Origin: Balanoglossus misakiensis | Taxonomy: Eukaryota > Animalia > Hemichordata | Length of the DNA stretch: 64,000 nucleotides | Direction: 5' to 3' | Assembly (NCBI GenBank): GCA_040954595.2 | Contig: CM082583.2 | Span: 3,171,060 to 3,235,059 of the forward strand | In this document: positions 11,701-24,717 of the stretch, piece after piece | How the letters are laid out: every line of letters begins with the position of its first letter | Position numbering within the stretch: the stretch's first letter is position 1 | The notes under the pieces: model-generated | What the model was told of the DNA's origin: nothing | Database searches by the model: none | What the model saw: only the letters and a program-made list of their open reading frames with translations | Position numbers and translations under genes: made by a program

Positions 11701-14700
11701 TGCATGGTATTTATTTAGTTATTTGTTTGTTTGTTTGTTTCAGGGCAGTCATATGTTAAGGATGTTGCGTACCTTCCTTGGGGATGAAATCTTTTTTGAC
11801 GGTGTGAGGGCATACCTCAACAAACTCAATTATAGCAATGCGTTTAGTGATGACTTATGGACAGAACTAACACTGGTAAGTTACCAACTGTTATGTTTGC
11901 ATTTATGTATTAGACATTTATTTTCTTAACAAAGATAGCTGGGTTGAAATTTGAAAATTCCCGTTGCAGAGTGCAAATGCAGCCGGCATGAACATTGATG
12001 TGCAGACAGTCATGACTCCGTGGATGCAGATGCTAGGGTTTCCCGTGGTTACCGTGTCACGCGACGATGACACAAACACAGCATCGGTTTCGCAAAAGCT
12101 TTTCAAGTTGGACTCCGCTGACGTGATCCCTGATATTGAAGAGTAAGTCTCCCTTATAATTGCAACAAGATCAGTGGCAAGCTGAAATTTATATCTTGTT
12201 GATATTTCAAACTATCTTCACTTCTGTAGGTATAAGTGGTATATTCCTGTGACATTTATACACTCTGGGAACAACACTTCTTCCAGTCAATCAATAACAT
12301 GGATAAACAAAACATCAGGTAAGTAACCACATGAAAAAGAAACATACAGACTCAGTTAAGCAACTAAGCAAAGGTTAGCATGCTACTGATCAATATATAC
12401 AATAAGTTAATTGCCACAAATACAAATTCTCATCATATAAGAATTTGTTTCATGTACTATGAACAGGTGTAACAAGCATATTAACTGAAAATAGTGTAAT
12501 TTTGTGCAAAGAAATTGATCCGTTCTCATAATCCAGGTACTTTAGATCTTAGCGACGCAGGCAACGAGGACTGGATCATTCTCAACACTCACCAGCATGC
12601 ATACTATCGCGTCAACTATGACATGGAAAACTGGGATAAGTTAATTGATCAACTGAAAACTGACCACAAGTCAATTCCCGTACGAAATCGAGCTGCCTTG
12701 ATCGATGACACTTTCAATCTCGCGAGATCTGGGGACACCGATGCGGTACTTGCTTTTCGAGTCATGGAATACCTGACAGCTGAGGAAGACTTCTCTCCGT
12801 GGAAGGCTGCCATCAGAAATTTAAAATATGTCTTAGATATGCTGGAAACGTCACCATCATATGGAAAACTGCAGGTAATCTGAAAACATAAATTATGTTT
12901 GTGGATTATGCAAACCAGCGACGCTGTCCATAATATGATCCAAATGTAACATTTACAGAAATGACTGCACATGTGTGATTATATTTTGTTAACCATATAC
13001 ACTTCCCACTGTTCTCCATATTTTCTTCTGTGTTTTCTAGACATACGTTCGGGATTTGATTCTTCCAAGATACGAAACCCTTGGCTGGAACTTCTTGGCA
13101 AATGACACGCATCTATTATAGTAAGTCATAGTGTACCCCCTTTTTGCTGAGAACTGACTCATGTGAAAGTACTGATTATTTCTTGTGTAAACTGACTTGC
13201 CTGTAATGGTTTTAAGTCATGCCTGAGAACTGTTCTTTCAAATAAATATTGCATTTTTGCTTTATTAAACAAGAAAACTGCCAACCCACTTGGTTTTGGA
13301 GAGGCAAACTTAGATATTTGTACTTGAATCGCGAAAGCGATGCGACTGTGGCATTGGGATTTGGGCATATGTATTTGTCAAACACGTTTTGCTTTATCAA
13401 CATATATTTCTTCTTTGCGACAGCTTTATGAGGTACGAAGCCATTAAGATGTCCTGTGAATTAAACAACGATGACTGTATAGGCGAAGCTGAGTCCATAT
13501 ATTCAAGCTGGATGGATGACAAAGATGAAAATAGGTCAGTACTTTAGCAACAACAAAAAATACATACACGTACAAAGCATCTTCACAACAAACACAATAA
13601 ATGCATGATACTCTAAGATTCACAGAAAACAACAAAATGTCAGAACCTCTTTTATCACGTTTTAAAGACACAGATTAATACAGAGTTAGTTCTGAATGAC
13701 TTCATCCTGCATTCGAGCCATCAACAAGATTTTGTTAGCTGCAAAATTTGGCAGTTGTTATCGGTACTTCTTCACATTACACCCCGCAGTATCCGTGACG
13801 ACATCCGGGCAACAGCAATGTGCACAGCAATCAAACATGGCGACTACGAAGAGTGGCAATTTGCATACGACGAATTCGATAACACTACAGACTACTTCCT
13901 GAAAAGTGACATTGCGTTCGCTCTGGCCTGTACCCAAAGAATATGGCTGCTCGATATGTATATGGCGGATTTCCTACAGCGATATAAGGATGAATCTTCA
14001 AAGACGAGTGACCACGTTGTAATGCCCACATACTCCAGCACACATGGTCCAGCCAATGACTTCTATAGAATATGTGGTTTCGTCAGAGACCAATCACCCG
14101 TTGGATGTCTATTGTCCTGGAACTTTATGAATAACCATTTTGACGAACTGCGAGCCATGTAAGATATTTTCAACTTTTAATTATTGTTTAATTAAGCGAT
14201 ATTGCTACCTGCTTCCCCTGCTGTTACAAAATAGTCCATAACATAAATGAAATTGTAGTATTTTTGCCAGATAGTTGCTTTAGGGCGACGTTTTTATTTT
14301 CTGTGTTTCTCATCTCCCGACCGACCGTAAATTTTAGCTCCGACATGAAAATAAAAAAAACTGCTTTATTTGCGCCGACTCTGAGCCTGAGGCGATCATC
14401 CTAGCAACAGCGCCCCCAACGGCTAATTGTGAGATTTTGCAAATATGACGTCATATTCATCATGGCGGTCGTGTCGGACCATGGCTGAAGCCATCGAGGC
14501 CGGAGGAAAGGGAAGAAATTGTAGAGAATGAAAGGACAGAGCATTAAAGTGAAAGACAAGAAATTATTGACTAAAAGGACAGAGAGCACAAAACACTGGA
14601 CTGAAAGATAAAAAATAGCAATGACTGAACAGCCAGAACATTGAACAGAAACAAATAGGCCTACACATTTGTTTGTAATGGATAAAACATGGAACTGAAA

Positions 14701-16195
14701 CAGGTTTTTTTTTGGGGGTACATGTTTTTTTTTATTTCGCCCGCCCGCCCTGCCTGACTATTCCTCTGGAGATGAGAAACAAATAAAAAAAAAGCGTCAC
14801 CCTTACCTACACTGTAATGACGGTGCTAGAATAGATGGTGTTGATGAAATTTGCACCATCAGCACATGATGTAACCAATGTTAGATTCAACAAGGAGAGC
14901 CTTTTCCTGCAAGCAACCTGTAATCATATAATGTGTTTGATCATGAAACACTTAACTTATCATTTGTATTACAATTACTACATCTTCTAGAAATCACACT
15001 GTAAAACTTCGCAACTATTTCTACCATTTTCTCTACATCTAGCGATGAGAACAAGGCATTCAACTTCATGTGGGGTTTTGCAAGCAGGATGAACACAGCA
15101 AATCATCAACGTCAGGTACGTGACAAAATTATTTTTATTTTTAGAAATGTAGGGCTGTGGATGTGATCCTTAAGATGGGTCCCTAGGATCTTTTTGCCCG
15201 TTGCTATGGGCCTTTATAGGACATTACACCCCGATTTGGACTAAGCCGTTCTCAGAGTCTAACAAGGGGCTGGTAACTAGTTAAAAATACGCACGATTGT
15301 GAGCGCGCGCCCCCTGACGCCATTGATATGCAAATTAGTTAGGTCAAATTTCAAAAGCCTAAGGCTTTTTATTCCGTGACCTCAAAAACGAACTTGATAC
15401 GTATTAGTTAGTTGCTTGAACCAGGGAAGATCGTGACGGATTTTGTTTTCGAATATTATCGTTGTATCCTACGATTTCAGCATACCCGTACCACACCTGA
15501 AAAAGTCATCGATTTTGGGTGTTTTTGGACGCACTCTTCCACCGGTATCGCTTCTTAGCACGACGAAAACCGAAAAAACGATCCGTCACACTGTGCGGAA
15601 GTGCGTTCTCAACAAGCAGGTCAAATTTGACTGGCGTACGTGGCCTATGAAAAAAGCCTTAGGGATTTTCGTGAACGGTACAAAATCTCTGTGTACAAAA
15701 CATTGGATTTTTAGCGTTCGATCCAGTTACTGTGGTTACAGGACGCGCACGCTATCGCTGACCGCTGCATTGCCGTATTAGCGTGGCGGCCTATGGCCGG
15801 CGGTAGCTGCCGTAAACATACTCGGACAGGGGGTGTGCACACAATCGTGTGTATTTTTAACTAGTTACAAGCCCCTTGTCGGACGTTCATAACGGTTTCG
15901 ATCAAAATTGAGTGTAGTGTCCTATAAAGGCCCATAGCAACGAGCAAAAAGATCCCGGGGACCCATCTTAACCCAGCCAAAAGGGTGGAATTTTGTAGTA
16001 AAAATTGGCCAATGTTAATATTGATGAGTTTGGTTTCTTGTTTCTCAGCTTGAAGATTTCGCTCGTAAATACAACGATATGCCAGATGGTCAGGTTACAG
16101 CATTCTACAAGGCGCTTGATCAAGTAAAAGCCAATATTGGATGGATGACGCGTAACTACGGAAACCTTGAGGAATGGCTTAAACGAACAAACTGA
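8793..16195 (+). CDS. Aminopeptidase N-like M1 zinc metallopeptidase, type II membrane (copy 1, intact, 15 exons, ~974 aa)
   Basis: Exons 8793-9400, 10161-10431, 10556-10676, 10816-10973, 11137-11250, 11407-11547, 11744-11875, 11970-12142, 12230-12318, 12537-12874, 13041-13120, 13424-13534, 13790-14158, 15043-15115, 16049-16195. All are GT-AG and phase-compatible (2925 nt). Motifs: N-terminal TM helix, [22 protein letters not shown]-x18-E, catalytic Tyr in [16 protein letters not shown]. Confidence 0.95.
14283..14802. mobile_element. PIF/Harbinger-type MITE in intron 13 of APN copy 1
   Basis: Imperfect TIRs GGGCGACG...TGTTTCTCATCTCC / GGAGATGAGAAACA...CGTCACCC, flanked by TTA on both sides. 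Confidence 0.7.
15174..15967. mobile_element. Non-autonomous DNA transposon with ~125-bp TIRs and TTAA TSD (Kolobok-like termini GA...TC)
   Basis: TTAA|GATGGGTCCC..GGATCTTTTTGC.CGTTGCTATGGGCCTTTATAGGACA ... TGTCCTATAAAGGCCCATAGCAACG.GCAAAAAGATCC..GGGACCCATC|TTAA. It lies in intron 14 of APN copy 1. Confidence 0.8.
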
Positions 16196-18502
16196 CGATG
16201 GGGCATGATGCTCTTACAGAATAGAAAAAAAAATTTAAATTAGATTTTTATACTTAAACAGAAAAGTACAGTGTTCATAATATTTCTAAAGGTAGCTTTA
16301 CCATTTTCAGTTGTAAACATCTCTGTCAGCAGATTACATTTGCTAATATATAGCGACTATCAGAAAAAAATGATCATAAAACACCTTATTAAGATAATCT
16401 GCATTTTAGCACCCAAAAAAAACAATTCTCGCTGTGATGTCGACATATTCTCAGAAGTGGCACGCATGGCTATCTGTACACTTTATATATACCACTTCAT
16501 ACCACCTTTATTTTTTTTGTTTTAAAATAGAATCATACCTCAAATTTATCTGTAATATTTTTGTGGCTGATCAGACAGTGAATAGAAAATTCTCACTTAA
16601 CCAGTTCAGACTGAAGCTACACTGACAAGAAACATAGTTCCTGACAAAAAAGTAATGTCAAGAATTGACACACCACTCTGGAAGTCACATCGTCTTTGCT
16701 TGTATAAGCGACAAGGTGAGTTTTATTGCACTGTCGTTCAAAATCAGTCTATAATGCATATAGTAGATTTTGGAAAATGTTCAACTTGACAACCAAGCAT
16801 ATACAAGTGACTTTAAACATTTTCTGTTGGCTAATACAAGACTTCAGGTTGTTTTTTAGAATATCTCCAGTTTAGTGAAAGAAAGATCGGTCATGCTGAT
16901 CGACCTATAGATGAACCCAGAATGCTCCTTTGAACCATGATCACCTGACTTGTTTTGACCGAGCAAGTTCCTGTGAGAATTGTGAGGTTTGCATTCAGGT
17001 GGCATATCCATGGCGGTTGTCATATTGATATCAAGCGTGAAGTAACATCAACAAAAAAGCTCAGCTTAAGTCTTTCAGGACTGATAAGACGAACGGCCTC
17101 TAACCTTGTAGATCTTCAGAGATACTAGAAGCATTCATTTGAATCATGACTTGAGAGGCCTAGACTGGTTTAAGAACTCTTAAGTGTGAATTCTAGTCAC
17201 GTACGTGTGGCGGTAAAACTACCAATTAGTCTTTTGTGTGTAGTCCTACCACGTGATAGTACTGGGCGTCGATTCAAATAAAAAAAACACCCACTGTAGT
17301 AATCAGACTGAGAGCTTGTTAATCAATGCCACTCTGCTGTCCTGGCGATACCTTCGCAAAGTCATGGCCCAGGAAAAGAAATATCGACTTAACCCTGAGG
17401 AGGAAAGAACAGGCTGTTATGTCAAATATGTTGCACTGTTCATAGCAGTTGTGTTGGTGATCTTAGTTATAGTGGCCATTGTACTACTGGTATACTTTCT
17501 CCACCCTGGATGGCCGTGTCCGACAACTACCATCGACGGTGGCCTGCCGCCAAACGAGGTCCAGCCGGAGATCTTGTTTGATGGTCGACTGCCGGACACC
17601 TTGCAGCCTGTCAATTACCGAGCCAAGTTCACTCCATATCTGGACGAAGAAGACGGCGACAAGCGATTCTTCATCGACGGTGAAGTTGCAATAACCGTAA
17701 ATTGTGTCAAGTCGACCAATACCATAACTCTCCATGCACTGAATTTGGACATTGACAGAGAATCACTCACTATCACTGAGATTGTAAATGGGGGTGATAT
17801 TGCGGTCAAGGACACTAGTTTCAACGAAGGGTGCGAGTTCTTCCTCATTGAAACGACGAAGACACTTGAAAGTGGTAAACAGTACAATATTTCGATGACC
17901 TACGTGGGGCTAATGAATAACACTGACGTTTTAGCTTTCTACCTGAATGTCTTTGAAGAAGACGGCGAAACAAAGTAAGATCTGTATAGTTTTGTGCATG
18001 AATCAAAGAAATCTCTCACGCAGACTCCAATTGGTATTCTGTTTCAAGGGTCGATGGTTCAACTGGTTTCATAACTGAGTATGAGACCCGCACAGCAGTA
18101 TACAGTCTGATGTGGTCTCAAATATCTTCACAACAAAAATTCAGAACAATATCCTGTCATGCATGGCTGAGATTTCACAGATTGATCAACTATATACCGG
18201 TAGCTGCATGGCTATCTAAAAACCAATGTACATGTACCAACAACTCTCTGCCCCAAAATTGAAATATCATGCTGAATATTACATTTTGTTTAGAGTGTTG
18301 TCACAGTCATTATTCCACTATGTTCGACATATTTTTCTCATGTTATTTTCAATCAAGGTATGCTATGGCCAGTCAGCTCGCAACTACGTATGCTCGACGA
18401 GTGATGCCGTGTTTCGATGAACCCGATTTAAAAGCCACCTTCGATATCACCATAAAACACCGGACCAAGAGATGGGCCCTGTCAAACATGCCAAACATCA
18501 AA

Positions 18503-20105
18503 AAAATAGCGTCAAGGACACTGTGGTCCCATTTGAGGATTATGCGGAAACAGTGACACACCAGAATAAAAATTACAGGTGACATTGCAAGCAGATCTGC
18601 AAGCAGCCATATCGGGCCCAAGCCAACATAGCACATAGCAACATAGCAATAAGCATATCTGCTCTGGATGCCAAGATATGGAAAATTAGGTCAAAGGTCA
18701 CCTGAGGTTATGCAAAATTTGGGCAAGGAATTTTGACCCTATACTGGTCCATGTTCAACAAAAACCAAACCTATAGCCCTATTGGTTAGCCTGGAATTAG
18801 GTATGCACATAATTAATGAGATATGCAGGTGTCACAGGTGACCCCCAATTTTGGCTTTTCAGTTTTAGTCCCAACCCTCCAAACGCCAAGTTTGTACCTG
18901 CTCTGGATGCCAAGATATGATAAAGTAGGTCAAAGGTCACCTGAGGTCATGCAAAATTTGGGCAAGAAATTTTGACCCTATACTGGTCCAGGTTCAACAA
19001 AAACCAAACCTATAGCCCTATTGGTTAGCCTGGAATTAGGTATGCACATAATTAATGAGATATGCAGGTGTCACAGGTGACCCCCAATTTTGGCTTTTCA
19101 ATTTTAGTCCCAACCCTCCAAACGCCAAGTCTGTACCTGCTCTGGATGCCAAGAAATGGTAAAGTAGGTCAAAGGTCACCTGAAGTCATGCAAAATTTGG
19201 GCAAGAAATTTTGACCCTATACTGGTCCATGTTCAACAAAAACCAAACCTATAGCCCTGTTGGTTAGTCTGGAATTAGGTATGCACATAATAAATGAGAT
19301 ATGCAGGTGTCACAGGTGACCAATATTTTGGCTTTTCAATTTTAGTCCCAACCCTCCAAACGCCAAGTCTGTACCTGCTCTGGATGCCGAGATATAGGAA
19401 AGTAGGTCAAAGGTCACCTGAGGTCACCCAAAATTTGGGCAAGAAATTTTGACCCTATAGTGGTCCATGTCCCACAAGAACGAAACCTCTAGCCCTATTA
19501 GTTAGCCCGGAATTAGATATGCACATAATTAATGTGTTAAGCAGGTGTTACAGGTGAGCCCAAAATTTTGCCTTTTATTTTGGCCCCATTGTGCTCACTG
19601 ACCAATAGACAGTCACTGTACAGGACTATTGCACAGACCAGAATTCCACAATAAGATGTGGACATAGCTTAACCATAGAAGTATAAGTAAAGCTATAAAT
19701 TTAATAAAAAGACTAAAAAATTCATAAAAAATAAAACATTGATGATATTAACTTAACACTTACAGGTCGATGTGAGGTTGACATATGGTACATGCATACC
19801 AATTTTTAAAGCAATCTGACGAGTAGTTGTTGACTTTCAGAGTTTTGATAAATTTCACATTTTTCCAGCTAATTTGCATATTTTTGGGCCTGGCAACTTC
19901 GTTTGGACAAACTCCCATCTACAGCCCAGCCTGCACCTACACACCAAATATTGAGGTGATACGCGCAGCGGTTTTCAAGTTTTTGATGTGGACGGACATA
20001 CAGACATACATCCATCCATCCATCCATCCATACATCCATACATACATACAGACGCAACCGATCCCATAAGGTCCCATGGTATATATGCCTATACCAATGG
20101 GACCT
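18503..20105. mobile_element. Helentron-type non-autonomous element (HINE/DINE-1/pearl-like) with internal tandem repeats
   Basis: Boundaries are defined by alignment to the uninterrupted paralog exon. Inserted in an A-run with no clear TSD. Subterminal inverted repeat GGTCCCATT (~18524) / AATGGGACC (~20096), terminal stem-loop 20069-20105, (CATC/CATA)n microsatellite 19995-20050, central tandem array. Confidence 0.85.
18661..19590. repeat. Tandem repeat, ~239-bp unit, ~3.9 copies
   Basis: Units start with GCTCTGGATGCC at 18661, 18900, 19139 and 19377. The first three are nearly identical. Confidence 0.95.
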
Positions 20106-23100
20106 AACGAGACTGAAGGAGACTGGAACACGGCTCATTTTGACACCACTCCTGTGATGCCCATCTACCTGCTAGCTGTGGTAGTTTCAGATTGCGTGTG
20201 TAAAGAAACGACAACTAATCTAGGCGTTAAGGTATATTCAAAGCTTAACCTTGTTCTCTCATTTACATCTGTCGTCTAACTTTTAATTTGTCATTGTGTC
20301 TTCCTGTCGGGGCCATATACCTATATTCTGGTTTCATTCTTGTTTTAGTTTAGAGTATGGGCTCCCCAAAGCAAAATCAACTCCACCGACCTTGCCCTGC
20401 ATGTGGGCGTCAAATCCCTTGAACATTATGAGGATCTGTTGAAGATTCCATATCCACTGCCAAAATTGGGTGAGTCAATCAATCGGTCAGCAAGTGTAAA
20501 CTATGATTCTTGTAGACATTACGCGTTGGGAACAGAGACTGTCTTTAGCTCTTGGATTCTGTGACTCGCTCTAACCAATACTCGTTACCTTCCCGGTTAA
20601 ATACAATAACTTTCCAATTAACTGTAATTTACAGACATGGTTTCCTTGCCTGTTTTCAATGAATTTGGAGCAATGGAAAACTGGGGTTTGATACTTTACA
20701 AGCACGATTGGTTTCTATACGATGAAGCCATTCACCATCCACCAAGGGCACAACTTGCCGCCAGGATAATAGCTCATGAATTAGCTCATATGGTAAATTT
20801 CAACCTTACAACATTCTTGTGCTCTTGCACTGCATGTGATTACAGTGGTCAGCTACAGAGAAACATAATTCTCCTTCCTTTTTGACCATGGTTTGCTTAA
20901 TCTTTTCGAGACTCTTGATATGGCTTACAGATTGCAATGAGGACACATGTCCTTCACGAATGTTATACCACATGTTTAATGTGTGTGTTGATTTACCTGT
21001 GTGTCTAAAATGAGCTTGGTAACGGTTGTATCATTTTTGCTGTATTGACAGTGGTTCGGTAACTGGGTAACAACCGGATGGTGGAGCGATATATGGCTGC
21101 ACGAGGGTTTTGCAAGACACTTTGAGTTCATCCCTGTCAATGAAATCATGCCTGCATGGGATATGGTAAGTAGTGATCTCATAAAGCACCATATAATGAT
21201 GATTATCAGAATCTTTAATAAATGATTTATACTTTTGAAAAAATAACTATTCTCATCTTGCCCCCAGTATACACAGTTCTACCCAAACGATGTGATTTTC
21301 AAAGCAATGGACGACGACGCCAGCGGTGATTCTCACCCAACCGTGCAACAAAATGTCGGATGGTCCAACGATTCCACGCTCTTTGACACCAGGGTATATG
21401 AAAGGGTGAGTTGCTAGCATTCAAGGTACATAGCGCTAAAGCTTTTCAAAAACACATATTCAGGCGTTTGGTAGCTTGGGGAAATCTTATCGTGATTAAA
21501 TTGCATGGTATGTGGCTATGATTATGGATGACCTGATATGTTGTTGTGGTTGTCTGTGTAATGTACATTTATTTTGCTTTGTTTAGGGTTGTCACGTCAT
21601 CAGGATGATGCGCAGTTTCCTTGGAGATGAGGTTTTCTTCAGTGGTGTTCTAACGTACCTCACAAAACACAATTACAGCAATGCATTCAATGATGACCTA
21701 TGGGCAGAACTCACAGCGGTAAGACAGTAACATCATATCACATGGTTATTTATTTGATGATATATCAACTTTTTATTGTGAGATTGATGGCTTGTAATGT
21801 CAACAGGAAATTTGCTTAAAACAGTCTTCTTTCTATCTATTTGTCGTTTTGGGTTATATTTTTACCATAACTAACGTTTCCATACGATGCAAGGATGGTC
21901 AGGTAAAAATAACTATTTTCAATGTTCAACATTTCTTAATGAAATCAGAGCGCAAAAGAATCCGGATTAATCCTTGATCTAAAAGAGATTATGGATCCAT
22001 GGTTGGTGCAGATTGGGTTTCCCGTGCTAACGATATCTCGTGATGATGTCAATCAGGCAACAGTTTCGCAAAAGTGGTTTCAGCTGGATCCTGACGAAGA
22101 CTTCCCAGCGGGCAAGGAGTAAGTTGTCATCAAAAAGCTACTTTACGACCTCACAATAAAAACTGAGTATCACTATTCCAGACATGATGGAGTATGTGTA
22201 CAAGTTCGGCATTGATTTTCGATTTTGGGTTATTGGTCTTTGTGGTACATGTATTAACTTATGCACAATCTACCCACAGATATACTTGGTACATTCCACT
22301 GACGTTTACATACTCTAGCAACCCTGATTTCTCCAGCCCGGCACTAACTTGGATAAATAAAACATCGGGTACGTTAATCCTCTCTATCTATCTAAGTGCT
22401 TTAACCCTTTCACTACCATGGTTCAATTCGAAACTATTGTTTTCTATGGTAAGGTTGGACCCCTAAAGAGGAAAGTGGATAATAGGGTCAATGTCTTATT
22501 TTATTACATCGTGTGAATAAATTTTGGGTGGTCGCAATCACCATCGACGCAATATTTGTACTGGAGCTATTTTAACCAATTCTTTCAACATGCAGGTACT
22601 ATAGAGCTTAGTGGTGTAGGCAGCAATGACTGGATCTTGGCCAATATCAACTATCATGGATATTATCGCATCAACTATGACAGCGACAATTGGAATAAAT
22701 TAATAGACCAACTGAAGACTGACCACAAGTCAATTCCCATGCAGAACAGGGCTGGCTTAATTGATGATGCTTTCAATCTTGCGAGATCTGGCGATGTACT
22801 CGCTACTCTTGCCATGCGAATGATTTCGTATCTCGACGCCGAGGAAGATTTCTCGCCTTGGAAAGCAACCATGCGGAATCTTCAATACGTGAAGAATATG
22901 CTGGAAACGTCACCATCATATGGAAACTTACAAGTAAGATTAAATGATGTTGTTGGGCATTTGTTTACAACTGATCATATGACATGCTAATGCCTCTGAA
23001 CATTAAACTACACTTCTGAATCAACATATTAGCTCTCAAAATTAGGTGCCAGTGGGAACAGTCTTTAAAGGGGAATTGTTATATCCAGGCATGTCTTGTG

Positions 23101-24717
23101 AGTTCCTTTTCAACTCTAACTGCTTATGTACTAACTGCTTATCTTCAGAGTTATATTCGAGATTTGATTCGTCCAAGATACGAGGATCTCAGCTGGTTTT
23201 TCACACCCAACGACACACATCGACTGTAGTAAGTACAGTAGGTTTTGATTTGTTTTACCTGAAACATTTATATTTGTTAACAATTTAGTGCATTGACACA
23301 CATGCAGTGAACACCCCATAGGATCTTCGATTCAACATTGATCAACACTGGATTACAATCATGTCATATATCCTTTGAATTCCTGCAGTTATCTGAGGCT
23401 GGAAGCCATTAGGTTGTCTTGCGAGATGGACAATGAAGACTGTATAAGTGAAGCCCGGGACATCTATTCCAGATGGATGGATGATAAAGATGGAAACAGG
23501 TCATCAATTCACTTGGACATTTCCTGACAGAATTTACCATGATAGTTCACTGGAATATTTACACTGAACGATGTATAACATTTAAATGTTTAAATGTTTT
23601 CAACTTTCAGTATTCGTGACGACATTCGAGGAGTTGTGATGTGTACCGCAATCAAGTATGGCGACTACAACCAGTGGAAATTTGCATACGAAGAATTCGG
23701 CAACACAGATGACTACTTCCTGCAAAGTGACATTGCCTTTGGTTTGGCCTGCACTCCAAGACTGTGGCTGCTCGATATGTATTTGGCAGAATTCCTGCAG
23801 CAATATAAGAATGAGTCTTCCAAGACGAGGGACTACGTAGAAATGCCAACATATTCAACAACACATGGTCCTGCTAATGATTTTTACAGAATTTGTGAAT
23901 TCGTCAGAGACCAATCACCTGTCGGGTTCTTTGTGGCTTGGGACTTTGTGAGGGACCATTTTGACGAACTACGTGCCATGTAAGATATATCATACATGTG
24001 TAAATCAATGTACACACTCTGTAGGAGATCTGTTTCTTCCTTGCACCAGTCAAACACATTGTCGATTATATCTGCCACTATTTTCTGCTATAACCTATGC
24101 AATGATTTGAAGAATTGTGGTTTTGGAAACAAGTCTTGGTCTTGATGGAAACACTGCTCAATAAAACTAACCAATTGTCTTCTCTTTTTCTCTTTCATCT
24201 TTTCTCTCCAAACTCATAGTGATGAGAACAAAGCGTTCGAGAGTGTATGGAATTTTGCCAGCAGGATGAATACAGTAAAGCTACAAAACCAGGTAAATAA
24301 TGCACTGAGCCAACTTCCACTTAATGGCAAAGAAGATGGCAACTACATTGAGATCTTTGTATTTTATGTAACATTACTTACAAAGGCAAGTGTCTCACAT
24401 GGTGTTTTGTGTCATTGTGATTCAGCTCGAAGACTTTGCTCGTAAATACAACGATATGCCACAGATTCAAGTCACGGCGTTCTACAAGGCATTGCGGCAA
24501 GTCAAGGCTAATATAAAGTGGATGTCTCGTAACTATGGAGTCCTTGAGGAATGGCTCCAAGGATCAAACTACATGTAGCCAGAAAAGTTTGGACAGAGCC
24601 ATCAGTGGTATCCCAGGGAGCGTCCGTCAGAGTATCACACCAAGCATAGCATGATTATTTATGTAGATTTACTGACAGGATTTTCGTTGACATATGAAAT
24701 AAAGCATAAGAAGTGTT

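Larger units (their letters stand above)
17364..24578 (+). pseudogene. Aminopeptidase N-like M1 peptidase (copy 2), exon 2 interrupted by a 1603-bp insertion; otherwise intact ~975 aa frame
   Basis: Exons 17364-17974, 18358-18502 + 20106-20231 (together 271 nt, the same as exon 2 of copy 1), 20349-20469, 20635-20792, 21052-21165, 21268-21405, 21587-21718, 21949-22118, 22280-22368, 22596-22933, 23149-23228, 23389-23499, 23611-23979, 24220-24292, 24426-24578. GAMEN and HELAH-x18-E are present. Read-through into the insertion stops at 18554-18556. Confidence 0.88.

Noticed and set aside
17253-17363. N-terminal extension of APN copy 2 in the ORF track
   Set aside because: It starts at GTG. The ATG at 17364 (MAQEKKY) matches copy 1's MARESTY start.
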